A DNA stretch of 64,000 nt, taken from positions 734,783 to 798,782 of the forward strand of contig CM082580.2 in NCBI GenBank assembly GCA_040954595.2, in the 5' to 3' direction. How positions within the stretch are numbered: position 1 is the first letter of the stretch; each line of letters begins with the position of its first letter. The translations under genes were made by a program, and so were the position numbers. Below, piece after piece: positions 1-10,600 of the stretch. The notes under the pieces were generated by a model. It had not been told where the DNA came from, ran no database searches, and was given only the letters and a program-made list of their open reading frames with translations. The DNA comes from Balanoglossus misakiensis (lineage: Eukaryota; Animalia; Hemichordata).

Positions 1-792
1 GGTTGCACCCCCACGACGGAGGCTGTGACCCGAGTACATGTCAGCAGGAAAGCCTGCCCTCTGAACTAAACATTTGATACTTTTCACCAGCCCTGAATGG
101 GTCAAGGGGACCAATTTGCCACATTTGGGAAAAACAAATGCTGGGCTAGAGGGTGGGGCTGGGATGATCTCACACATGTGATTGTATGCCTGTAAAGGGC
201 ACAACACCGAACCTGGAATGCGGGCAAGTGGAATAGTCAAACAGCGTTCGCGAAACTGAATGGTTTTTGACCAAGTCACGCCGATTATAAGGCCAGAATC
301 TGAGGAAATGACTTTACCCCTACAGAGGTGTTTAGCCGGATCAAAGTCGGTTGCAGACTTCGGAACAAGATTTGACTTGCGAAAAAAGGAGAAAAACCCT
401 ATCAAAAGGCATGCCCACAAAGTAACATCGAATGGAACAGCCACATCTAGAAGCCCGAAAAACTGTAGCAACAACTGGGGGGTGATGGGTAATTTCTGCC
501 TCACTGGCTGGAAAGTGCTACGGGAAAGACATTTCAAAAGTAATTTGACAACATACTGATCAGCGGCCAATGGCGTGAAGCCATGGATTCTATGCAAGGT
601 ACGAATTGCGTACAAATAATTCTGAATGGTGCCAGTAGCAGTTACTGATCTTGCAAGAAACTGGATAAATCTACACACTGTAAGAACAGATGCTGGAACA
701 GGAGTAAAATTGAAAAACTGACAAAACAGGAAGTAACTCTTCAACTGTGACGACAAATTCCGACGAGTTCCTTCCGCTAATGCTGACCTCAT
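1..792 (-). CDS. Tyrosine recombinase (partial, no stop within window)
   Basis: Manual translation from ATG at 792: MRSALAEGTRRNLSSQLKSYFLFC...FFSFFRKSNLVP...WSKTIQFRER...LCPLQAY...YSGHSLRRGGAT. Catalytic R and HxxR present. Missing from the ORF track, presumably because it has no stop here. Confidence 0.92.
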   Translation of the reverse strand, partial: MRSALAEGTRRNLSSQLKSYFLFCQFFNFTPVPASVLTVCRFIQFLARSVTATGTIQNYLYAIRTLHRIHGFTPLAADQYVVKLLLKCLSRSTFQPVRQKLPITPQLLLQFFGLLDVAVPFDVTLWACLLIGFFSFFRKSNLVPKSATDFDPAKHLCRGKVISSDSGLIIGVTWSKTIQFRERCLTIPLARIPGSVLCPLQAYNHMCEIIPAPPSSPAFVFPKCGKLVPLTHSGLVKSIKCLVQRAGFPADMYSGHSLRRGGAT

Positions 793-860
793 TGAGATAG
801 CGATTTGAGCGTCTAAGGCTTGGATAGTTTGGCAGTGATCTGAAATAAAAATAAAATCAG

Positions 861-3719
861 TCACCACTCATTGAGAAAGCGAATGTCATCCTCGGCGACT
901 GGGTGCTCGGTCATTTGAGAAATATTAACAGATGATTTGAAGAGTTGCTCATAACTTGGGTCAAGATGCCAGCGACTGAGCGCATCAGCCAGCCGGTTCT
1001 CGGTGCCTGCGATGTGCACAGCACGTAGCTCAAACTCGTGAATCGCTGCTACCAGCCATAATTCCCTCAAGCAAGACAGCATTAGTTTATCCCTAGCTCT
1101 ACCGGTATTAATGACCCAAACTGTTGCCTGGTTGTCGCAAGAGACCTGTATTTTCTTTCCAGACCATCTATCACCCCAAATTTTTGCCGCTATAGTAATA
1201 GTGAGTAATTCGAGGGCATTAATGTGAGGGTCCCCAACCTTTACAAAGTCAGGGAACTCCACGTGGAAATACTCGTTGTCGCAAAGCCCCCCTCCCCCTG
1301 TTGGGCATGCATCCGAAGAAAATATTTCATCTGGCGGGCACCAACCTGACTCTTTAATGAGAGACACCCCATTATAAACCCTAATGAAATTAATCCACCA
1401 CCGTAGATCTGCCTTGAAATCACTGTTCAGATAGATATGGTAGTGATTGCGGGTGACGGTACGCAACACATCTAGCATTCTCGCCAGGAATAGCCTACCA
1501 GGCTTGACACATTTGGCAATAAAGGAAAGCTTGCCTATGAGTGATTGCAGCTCGCGCTTAGTTGCTTTTGTTTTAGTGACCCATACACCCAGCTCTTGCT
1601 CTATTTCATTAAGCCGGTCAGGAGTAACTTCCATAGTCATTGTAAGGGAGTTCAACTGGATTCCAAGAAAAGTCATGATTGATGACGGGGGCACCGCTTT
1701 GTGTTTGGCTTCTTGCAAACCCAGTCTATCCAGCGTGTCACCTAGCTCCGCAAATGCCTTGTGGGCTTTGTTGGAGGTCTCTGCACCACCGAAGTCGTCA
1801 AGGTAATTAACACAGTCATACCCTTTCGTGGAATAGATATAAGAAACCGCATTAGTGGTGCGCTGGCAGGCTAGCGCTGCGGTTCGCAAGCCAAATGGCA
1901 ATGTAAGGTCAAAGAACAATAAATTACGCCACGTGTAGCCCAGCAAATGGTAGTCCGCTGGATCGACTGGTATTTGCCGATAAGCTCTGCTTAAATCGCG
2001 CTTAAATAGGAGGCATCCCCTGCCCTTACGGGTCATCATTGCAGTGAAATCATCAATGGAAGGATATTGAAGCTGAAAACTCTCCCCAAGATATTCCCCT
2101 TTGGGGATACCGTCATTTACTGAATGGTGGATTGGGGAACTAAGATCAAAGACTATACGCCGATTAACACTATCTTTTTTTTCGACAGTCTGAATGGGGG
2201 AAGTACTGAGTGGTGTGGCAAGGGGGTTAGTTAAGAACGGACCCGCTGTAGCCCCGGCTGCGACTTCGTTAATGATCCAGTTGTCGACATGCGCCGAGTA
2301 ATTTATAGCTGATGGGTGGTTTTTCACTGTAGAGTATGGCAATTCTGAGGCTGTATAGTAGACGGGCCAACCATATTGTAGGTAATCGCAGATGATTTTG
2401 TCATCATATTGCTGCAATTCGGCTCGCCAAATTGGGATTTGAAGATTTGATGAAACGGGTATTCTGCAAAATTGAGAATTTGGTAAACCTGATTCAACAA
2501 CTATGTCATGAACGGTTATAACTTCTGTTAAATCAAGGGGTGACGCTTGTGGCCATGACGACGGGGGACAGACATCCCCGCCCACGGGAGTATCTGATAA
2601 CTCAGAATACTGCATATCATTGCCCAGTGGATAAGTGTCTGGAACACTGTGATCAACAAGGGTGGGGTTGGGAGGCCCCATATTTGGAACATTTTCCACA
2701 GTAAACATATCACTAACAAAGACATCGTGGTCATCACTGATCATACCGTCAGAGGAACCATGAGCGCTAATCTCACATGCAAATTCAGTGGTATCACCGA
2801 CGGTATGGGCTAGTGATTCAATAGGGATTTGCTTGTCAAGATCAGTCTCAATATCAGGTTCTATCAAATCAACTGTATGAGTTTTACAAAGGTATTTGTC
2901 AACATTATCCCTGCTAACAGAGGTATCAAAACAACCTGTGTGTTCAGAGGCAACATTGGCAATGGTACATGTTACTGGCTCGTCAATCGAAAGCACTGGT
3001 TCAGAAATACTACTAGGGTTAACAATAGCATCCCGCAAAACCTCCGGGTTGCACATTGACAGGCTTCTTGAAATATCAATCTCCATGTCAGTTTGTACAG
3101 AGCGATCACACTTGTGCACTGCCTGATCTGTGATGCCCATCAATGTATAAAAGTCATTGATATTACACTCCGTGCCTGCACTTTTGACTCTATGGTTCAA
3201 TTTAGGAATTAAATTGCTGTCACAGTCATGAGAGTCTTGTTTAGACTTATCTACCTCTGCTTTGCCAGAACTATCGGTCAACTTGTTGCTCTCTTGCTCT
3301 CTAAAGGCCTTATCCTTCCAGGGGCAGGCAATCTTGGGATGCTTGGCCAGGTTGTTACGCAACTTCATGCAGGCTTCACATATGTGTTTGAATGCGCAAT
3401 CCTCCTTCTCGCACTTGTTACTTTGGTATTTGAAACATACATTAATCTGATCCTTCTTTTTGGATTTGTCCGCTGTTTTATCCCGTCTGATCTTGCCGAT
3501 TCGCGGCAGCAAATATAGCTCTCTCAGATCTGCGGTGTCATTTGCCCATGTTCTGAGTCCTGACTCCATGTCAGAGAGGAGCGCGCCCTCGAACTTCAAG
3601 ATGGCGTCCCAGGGGAACAAATTGGCGTCTTTCATAAGCGACTGTAAGTGTTGTAATCGCTGCTGTTTCTCTGTGTCACTCAAAGTAGGAAGTTGCACTA
3701 TCGCGAGATTACCTTCCAC
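861..3719 (-). CDS. Gag C-terminus (CCCH zinc finger) in frame with reverse transcriptase and RNase H
   Basis: CFKYQSNKCEKEDCAFKHIC zinc finger; RT motifs DLSRAYRQIP, LPFGLR, YLDDF; DIRS-type RNase H (SDAC...HINALELL...CDNQA...NRLADALSR). Confidence 0.93.
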   Translation of the reverse strand: MEGNLAIVQLPTLSDTEKQQRLQHLQSLMKDANLFPWDAILKFEGALLSDMESGLRTWANDTADLRELYLLPRIGKIRRDKTADKSKKKDQINVCFKYQSNKCEKEDCAFKHICEACMKLRNNLAKHPKIACPWKDKAFREQESNKLTDSSGKAEVDKSKQDSHDCDSNLIPKLNHRVKSAGTECNINDFYTLMGITDQAVHKCDRSVQTDMEIDISRSLSMCNPEVLRDAIVNPSSISEPVLSIDEPVTCTIANVASEHTGCFDTSVSRDNVDKYLCKTHTVDLIEPDIETDLDKQIPIESLAHTVGDTTEFACEISAHGSSDGMISDDHDVFVSDMFTVENVPNMGPPNPTLVDHSVPDTYPLGNDMQYSELSDTPVGGDVCPPSSWPQASPLDLTEVITVHDIVVESGLPNSQFCRIPVSSNLQIPIWRAELQQYDDKIICDYLQYGWPVYYTASELPYSTVKNHPSAINYSAHVDNWIINEVAAGATAGPFLTNPLATPLSTSPIQTVEKKDSVNRRIVFDLSSPIHHSVNDGIPKGEYLGESFQLQYPSIDDFTAMMTRKGRGCLLFKRDLSRAYRQIPVDPADYHLLGYTWRNLLFFDLTLPFGLRTAALACQRTTNAVSYIYSTKGYDCVNYLDDFGGAETSNKAHKAFAELGDTLDRLGLQEAKHKAVPPSSIMTFLGIQLNSLTMTMEVTPDRLNEIEQELGVWVTKTKATKRELQSLIGKLSFIAKCVKPGRLFLARMLDVLRTVTRNHYHIYLNSDFKADLRWWINFIRVYNGVSLIKESGWCPPDEIFSSDACPTGGGGLCDNEYFHVEFPDFVKVGDPHINALELLTITIAAKIWGDRWSGKKIQVSCDNQATVWVINTGRARDKLMLSCLRELWLVAAIHEFELRAVHIAGTENRLADALSRWHLDPSYEQLFKSSVNISQMTEHPVAEDDIRFLNEW

Positions 3720-4432
3720 AAATTCGCCATTGACATATCATCGAATTTTGGTGGGGCGCCCGAGAATGTCCGAGCCCTGACGAACATGTGCGGCCATAGG
3801 ACGTGCTGTCGCACACGATCGGTTCTGGTGTTGAACCGCATCGATTTCATTGGTACGTTACCTGCTTTGCTCTGCGCTGCTGTGTATAAACCGGACTGTG
3901 CCAGGAGTTGGTTCGGTTGGAGGTCTTCACCGCCGCCAGCGGCCCCTGTCGCTGGTAGCCACGGACTGCCTGATGGTAACGACCACTGCAATTGTGAGTC
4001 TTCTTTCGCCATCCTCTTGAGATCGGGTAGCGTGAGTTGACTCAGGTCGTGACTTCTGGGACTTCCGCTCGAAGCGGCTGGCGGGCTGCGTCGTTCCTTC
4101 TCCAGTTTCATTTCTTTTAGTTGTTTTCTTAAATTGTCTACTTCAGATTGCTCCTGCAGTCTCGCTATCTCCGCCTGCAACTTCTCTTTCTCTGACCTCA
4201 CATCTTCCCCGTCAGATGAAGTGTCTTCTTCCTTGACAGGTTTGCTACATTTCCCGCCTTTCGAACGAGCTGACGCCATTGGTACTTTGGAAAGTTTGGT
4301 GGGGGGGACCACGCGAACTTTTCGACCGGTCGATGCTCTTGTCGTAGTCTTACTGCGAGTTGCAGGTCCCTTTTTGGCGACTGGACTGGGCTCTATTCCC
4401 AAATCCAGCAGCTGTTGTTCAGCGTTCTCCAT
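3698..4432 (-). CDS. Gag-like ORF1, N-terminal part
   Basis: Basic and coiled-coil N-terminus. Its C-terminal LWPH...FDDMSMAN appears to continue in the other frame as VEGNLAIV, implying a frameshift near 3720. Confidence 0.75.
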   Translation of the reverse strand: MENAEQQLLDLGIEPSPVAKKGPATRSKTTTRASTGRKVRVVPPTKLSKVPMASARSKGGKCSKPVKEEDTSSDGEDVRSEKEKLQAEIARLQEQSEVDNLRKQLKEMKLEKERRSPPAASSGSPRSHDLSQLTLPDLKRMAKEDSQLQWSLPSGSPWLPATGAAGGGEDLQPNQLLAQSGLYTAAQSKAGNVPMKSMRFNTRTDRVRQHVLWPHMFVRARTFSGAPPKFDDMSMANLWKVISR

Positions 4433-4614
4433 AATAACGGTGAGAAATTGAAATTGAGGCAGAGAGAGCGAGCACTGCAGGACACGCTCCGAACCCTTGA
4501 AGTGGCCGTGAGTGATGGATTATGGGATTTTTGAGGCTCGTTTGAGGTTGAGGGCGCCCCTTTTCGAGTTGCTTAATTGGGTAACATTATGCCGTTGATC
4601 GCAATGTTACCTAC

Positions 4615-7600
4615 ATGATTTTTTTTTTAAATGGACGAAAATCGACGAAATTGTGAGATTTTGCAAAGTCAAAAATTTGTCATTTTTTGATGATTTTCAC
4701 CCATGTTTTTTTTAAAAAAATCGACGAACCTATGATTTTTTTCAAAATCGACGAAATTTTGAGATTTTGCAAAGTCGAAAATTTTGTCATTTTTTGATGA
4801 TTTTCACCCATGATTTTTTCAAAAATCGACGAAATGTTGAGACTTTGCAAAGTCGAAAATTTGTCATTTTTTGATGATTTTCACCCATGATTTTTTTCAA
4901 AAATCGACGAAATGTTGAGATTTTGCAAAGTCGAAAATTTGTCATTTTTTGATGATTTTCACCCATGATTTTTTTCAAAAATCGACGAAATGTTGAGATT
5001 TTGCAAAGTCGAAAATTTGTCATTTTTTGATGATTTTCTCCCATGATTTTTTTTCAAAAATCGACGAAAATTTGAGATTTTGCAAAGACGAAAATTTGTC
5101 ATTTTTGATTATTTTTACCCATGATTTTTATTCAAAAATGGACGAAATTTTGAGATTTTGCAAAGACGAAAATTTGTCATTTTTTGATGATTTTCACCCA
5201 TGATTTTTTTTCAAAAATCGACGAAATTTTGAGATTTTGCAAAGTCGAAAATTTGTCATTTTTTGATGATTTTCCCCCATGTTTTTTTTTTAAAATGGAC
5301 GAAATTTTGAGATTTTGCAAAGCCGAAAATTTGTCATTTTTTGATGATTTTTACCCATGATTTTTTTTCAAAAATGGACGAAATTTTGAGATTTTGCAAA
5401 GTCGAAAATTTGTCATTTTTTGATGATTTTCACCCATATTATTTTTCAAAAACCGACGAAATTTTGAGATTTAGCAAAGACGAAAATTTGTCATTTTTTG
5501 ATGATTTTTACCCATGAATTTTTCAAATATTGACGAAATTTTGAGATTTTGCAAAGTCGAAAATTTGTCATTTTTTGATGATTTTCACCCATGATTTTTT
5601 TCAAAAATCGACGAAATTTTAAGATTTTGCAAAGTCAAAAATTTGTCATTTTTTGATGATTTTCACCCATATTATTTTTCAAAAACCGACGAAATTTTGA
5701 GATATAGCAAAGACGAAAATTTGTCATTTTTGATGATTTTTACCCATGATTTTTATTCAAAAATGGACGAAATTTTGAGATTTTGCAAAGACGAAAATTT
5801 GTCATTTTTTGATGATTTTCACCCATGATTTTTTTTCAAAAATCGACGAAATTTTGAGATTTTGCAAAGTCGAAAATTTGTCATTTTTTGATGATTTTGC
5901 CCCATGTTTTTTTTTTTAAATGGACGAAATTTTGAGATTTTGCAAAGACGAAAATTTGTCATTTTTTGATGATTTTCACCCATGATTTTTTTTCAAAAAT
6001 CGACGAAATTTTGAGATTTTGCAAAGTCGAAAATTTGTCATTTTTTGATGATTTTCCCCCATGTTTTTTTTTTTAAATGGACGAAATTTTGAGATTTTGC
6101 AAAGACGAAAATTTGTCATTTTTTGATGATTTTTACCCATGATTTTTTTTCAAAAATGGACGAAATTTTGAGATTTTGCAAAGTCGAAAATTTGTCATTT
6201 TTTGATGATTTTCCCCCATGTTTTTTTTTTTTAAATGGACGAAATTTTGAGATTTTGCAAAGTCGAAAATTTGCCATTTTTTGATGATTTTCACTCATAT
6301 TATTTTTCAAAAATCGACGAAATTTTTAGATTTTGCAAAGTCAAAAATGTGTCATTTTTTGATGATTTTCACCCATAATTTTGTTTCAAAAATCGACGAA
6401 ATTTTAAGATTTTGCAAAGACGAAAATTTGTCATTTTTTGATGATTTTTACCCATGATTTTTTTTCAAAAATCGACGAAATTTTGAGATTTTGCATAATC
6501 GAAAATGTGTCATTTTTTGATGATTTTCACCCATGATTTTTTTTCAAAAATCGACGAAATTTTGAGATTTTGCAAAGTCGAAAATTTGTCATTTTTTGAT
6601 GATTTTCACCCATGTTTTTTTTTTTAAAAATCGACGAACCTATGATTTTTTTCAAAATCGACGAAATTTTGTGATTTTATAAAGTCGAAAATTTTGTCAT
6701 TTTTTGATGATTTTCAACCATGATTTTTTTTCAAAAATCGACGAAAATTTGAGATTTTGCAAAGACGAAAATTTGTCATTTTTGATGATTTTTACCCATG
6801 ATTTTTATTCAAAAATGGACGAAATTTTGAGATTTTGCAAAGACGAAAATTTGTCTTTTTTTGATGATTTTCACCCATGATTTTTTTTCAAAAATCGACG
6901 AAATTTTGAGATTTTGCAAAGTCGAAAATTTGTCATTTTTTGATGATTTTGCCCCATGTTTTTTTTTTTAAATGGACGAAATTTTGAGATTTTGCAAAGA
7001 CGAAAATTTGTCATTTTTTGATGATTTTCACCCATGATTTTTTTTCAAAAATCGACGAAATTTTGAGATTTTGCAAAGTCGAAAATTTGTCATTTTTTGA
7101 TGATTTTCACCCATGTTTTTTTTTTTAAATGGACGAAATTTTGAGATTTTGCAAAGACGAAAATTTGTCATTTTTTGATGATTTTCCCCCATGTTTTTTT
7201 TTTAAATGGACGAAATTTTGAGATTTTGCAAAGACGAAAATTTGTCATTTTTTGATGATTTTTACCCATGATTTTTTTTCAAAAATGGACGAAATTTTGA
7301 GATTTTGCAAAGTCGAAAATTTGTCATTTTTTGATGATTTTCACCCATATTATTTTTCAAAAACCGACGAAATTTTGAGATTTAGCAAAGACGAAAATTT
7401 GTCATTTTTTGATGATTTTTACCCCTGATTTTTTCAAAAATTGACGAAATTTTGAGATTTTGCGAAGTCGAAAATTTGTCATTTTTTGATGATTTTCACC
7501 TATGATTTTTTTCAAAAATCGACGAAATTTTGAGATTTTGCAAAGTCGAAAATTTGTCATTTTTTGATGATTTTCACCCATGATTTTTTTCAAAAATCGA

Positions 7601-10600
7601 CGAAATGTTGAGATTTTGCAAAGTCGAAAATTTGTCATTTTTTGATGATTTTCTCCCATGATTTTTTTCAAAAATCGACGAAATGTTGAGATTTTGCAAA
7701 GTCGAAAATTTGTCATTTTTTGATGATTTTCACCCATGATTTTTCTCAAAAATCGACGAAATTTTAAGATTTTGCAAAGTCGAAAATGTGTCATTTTTTG
7801 AAGATTTTCACCCATGATTTTTTTTAAAAAATCGACGAAATTTTAAGATTTTGCAAAGTCGAAAATTTGTCATTTTTTGATGATTTTCACCCATGTTTTT
7901 TTTTAAAAATCGACGAACCTATGATTTTTTTCAAAATCGACGAAATTGTGTGATTTTGCAAAGTCGAAAATTTTGTCATTTTTTGATGATTTTCAACCAT
8001 GATTTTTTTTCAAAAATCGACGAAATTTTGAGATTTTGCACAGTCGAAAATTTGTCATTTTTTGATGATTTTCACCCATGATTTTTTTCAAAAATCGACG
8101 AAATGTTGAGATTTTGCAAAGTCGAAAATTTGTCATTTTTTGATGATTTTCTCCCATGATTTTTTTCAAAAATCGACGAAATTGTGAGATTTTGCAAAGT
8201 CGAAAATTTGTCATTTTTTGATGATTTTCACCCATGTTTTTTTTTTTAAATGGACGAAATTTTGAGATTTTGCAAAGACGAAAATTTGTCATTTTTTGAT
8301 GATTTTCCCCCATGTTTTTTTTTTAAATGGACGAAATTTTGAGATTTTGCAAAGACGAAAATTTGTCATTTTTTGATGATTTTTACCCATGATTTTTTTT
8401 CAAAAATGGACGAAATTTTGAGATTTTGCAAAGTCGAAAATTTGTCATTTTTTGATGATTTTCACCCATATTATTTTTCAAAAACCGACGAAATTTTGAG
8501 ATTTTGCAAAGTCGAAAATTTGTCATTTTTTGATGATTTTCACCCATGATTTTTTTCAAAAATCGACGAAATTTTGAGATTTTGCAAAGTCGAAAATTTG
8601 TCATTTTTTGATGATTTTCACCCATGATTTTTCTCAAAAATCGACGAAATTTTAAGATTTTGCAAAGTCGAAAATGTGTCATTTTTTGATGATTTTCACC
8701 CATGATTTTTTTTAAAAAATCGACGAAATTTTAAGATTTTGCAAAGTCGAAAATTTGTCATTTTTTGATGATTTTCATCCATGTTTTTTTTTAAAAATCG
8801 ACGAACCTATGATTTTTTTCAAAATCGACGAAATTGTGTGATTTTGCAAAGTCGAAAATTTTGTCATTTTTTGATGATTTTCAACCATGATTTTTTTTCA
8901 AAAATCGACGAAATTTTGAGATTTTGCACAGTCGAAAATTTGTCATTTTTTGATGATTTTCACCCATGATTTTTTTCAAAAATCGACGAAATGTTGAGAT
9001 TTTGCAAAGTCGAAAATTTGTCATTTTTTGATGATTTTCTCCCATGATTTTTTTCAAAAATCGACGAAATTGTGAGATTTTGCAAAGTCGAAAATTTGTC
9101 ATTTTTTGATGATTTTCACCCATGTTTTTTTTTTTTAAATCGACGAACCTATGATTTTTTTCAAAATCGACGAAATTTTGAGATTTTGCAAAGTCGAAAA
9201 TTTGTCATTTTTTGATGATTTTCACCCATGATTTTTTTCAAAAATCGACGAAATGTTGAGATTTTGCAAAGTCGATAATTTTGTCATTTTTTGATGATTT
9301 TCAACCATATTATTTTTCAAAAACCGACGAAATTTTGAGATTTTGCATAGACGAAAATTTGTCATTTTTTGATGATTTTCACCCATGATTTTTTCAAAAA
9401 TTGACGAAATTTTGAGATTTTGCAAAGTCGAAAATTTGTCATTTTTTGATGATTTTCCCCCAATGGTTTTTTTCAAAATCGACGAAATTTTGAGATTTTG
9501 CAAAGTCGATAATTTTGTCATTTTTTGATGATTTTCAACCATATTATTTTTCAAAAACCGACGAAATTTTGAGATTTTGCAAAGACGAAAATTTGTCATT
9601 TTTTGATGATTTTCACCCATGATTTTTTCAAAAATTGACGAAATGTTGAGATTTTGCAAAGTCGAAAATTTGTAATTTTTTGATGATTTTCACCCATGAT
9701 TTTTTTCAAAAATCGACGAAATTGTGAGATTTTGCAAAGTCGAAAATTTGTCATTTTTTGATGATTTTCACCCATGATTTTTTTCAAAAATCGACGAAAT
9801 GTTGAGATTTTGCAAAGTCGAAAATTTGTCATTTTTTGATGATTTTCTCCCATGATTTTTTTCAAAAATCGACGAAATTGTGAGATTTTGCAAAGTCGAA
9901 AATTTGTCATTTTTTGATGATTTTCACCCATGTTTTTTTTTTTAAATCGACGAACCTATGATTTTTTTCAAAATCGACGAAATTTTGAGATTTTGCAAAG
10001 TCGAAAATTTTCTCATTTTTTGATGATTTTCCCCCATGTTTTTTTTTTAAAATGGACGAAATTTTGAGATTTTGCAAAGTCGAAAATTTGTCATTTTTTG
10101 ATGATTTTTACCCCTGATTTTTTCAAAAATTGACGAAATTTTGAGATTTTGCGAAGTCGAAAATTTGTCATTTTTTGATGATTTTCACCCATAATTTTTT
10201 TCAAAAATCGACGAAATTTTGAGATTTTGCAAAGTCGAAAATTTGTCATTTTTTGATGATTTTCACCCATGTTTTTTTCAAAAATTGACGAAATTTTGAG
10301 ATTTTGCGAAGTCGAAAATTTGTCATTTTTTGATGATTTTCACCCATGATTTTTTTCAAAAATCGACGAAATTTTGAGATTTTGCAAAGTCGAAAATTTG
10401 TCATTTTTTGATGATTTTCACCCATGTTTTTTTTTAGAAATCGACGAACCTATGATTTTTTTCAAAATCGACGAAATTTTGTGATTTTACAAAGTCGAAA
10501 ATTTTGTCATTTTTTGATGATTTTCAACCATGATTTTTTTCAAAAATCGACGAAATTTTTAGATTTTGCAAAGTCGAAAATGTGTCATTTTTTGGTGATT

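Larger units (their letters stand above)
1..4614 (-). mobile_element. Ngaro/DIRS-type tyrosine-recombinase retrotransposon, continuing past the left window edge
   Basis: Minus-strand order gag - RT/RNaseH - tyrosine recombinase. CCCH finger in gag and no methyltransferase after RNaseH favour Ngaro. 5' boundary approximate (abuts the satellite). Confidence 0.9.

Noticed and set aside
1241-4451. Short antisense and alternate-frame ORFs over the Ngaro genes (likewise over the Gypsy genes)
   Set aside because: Shadow ORFs with no motifs.
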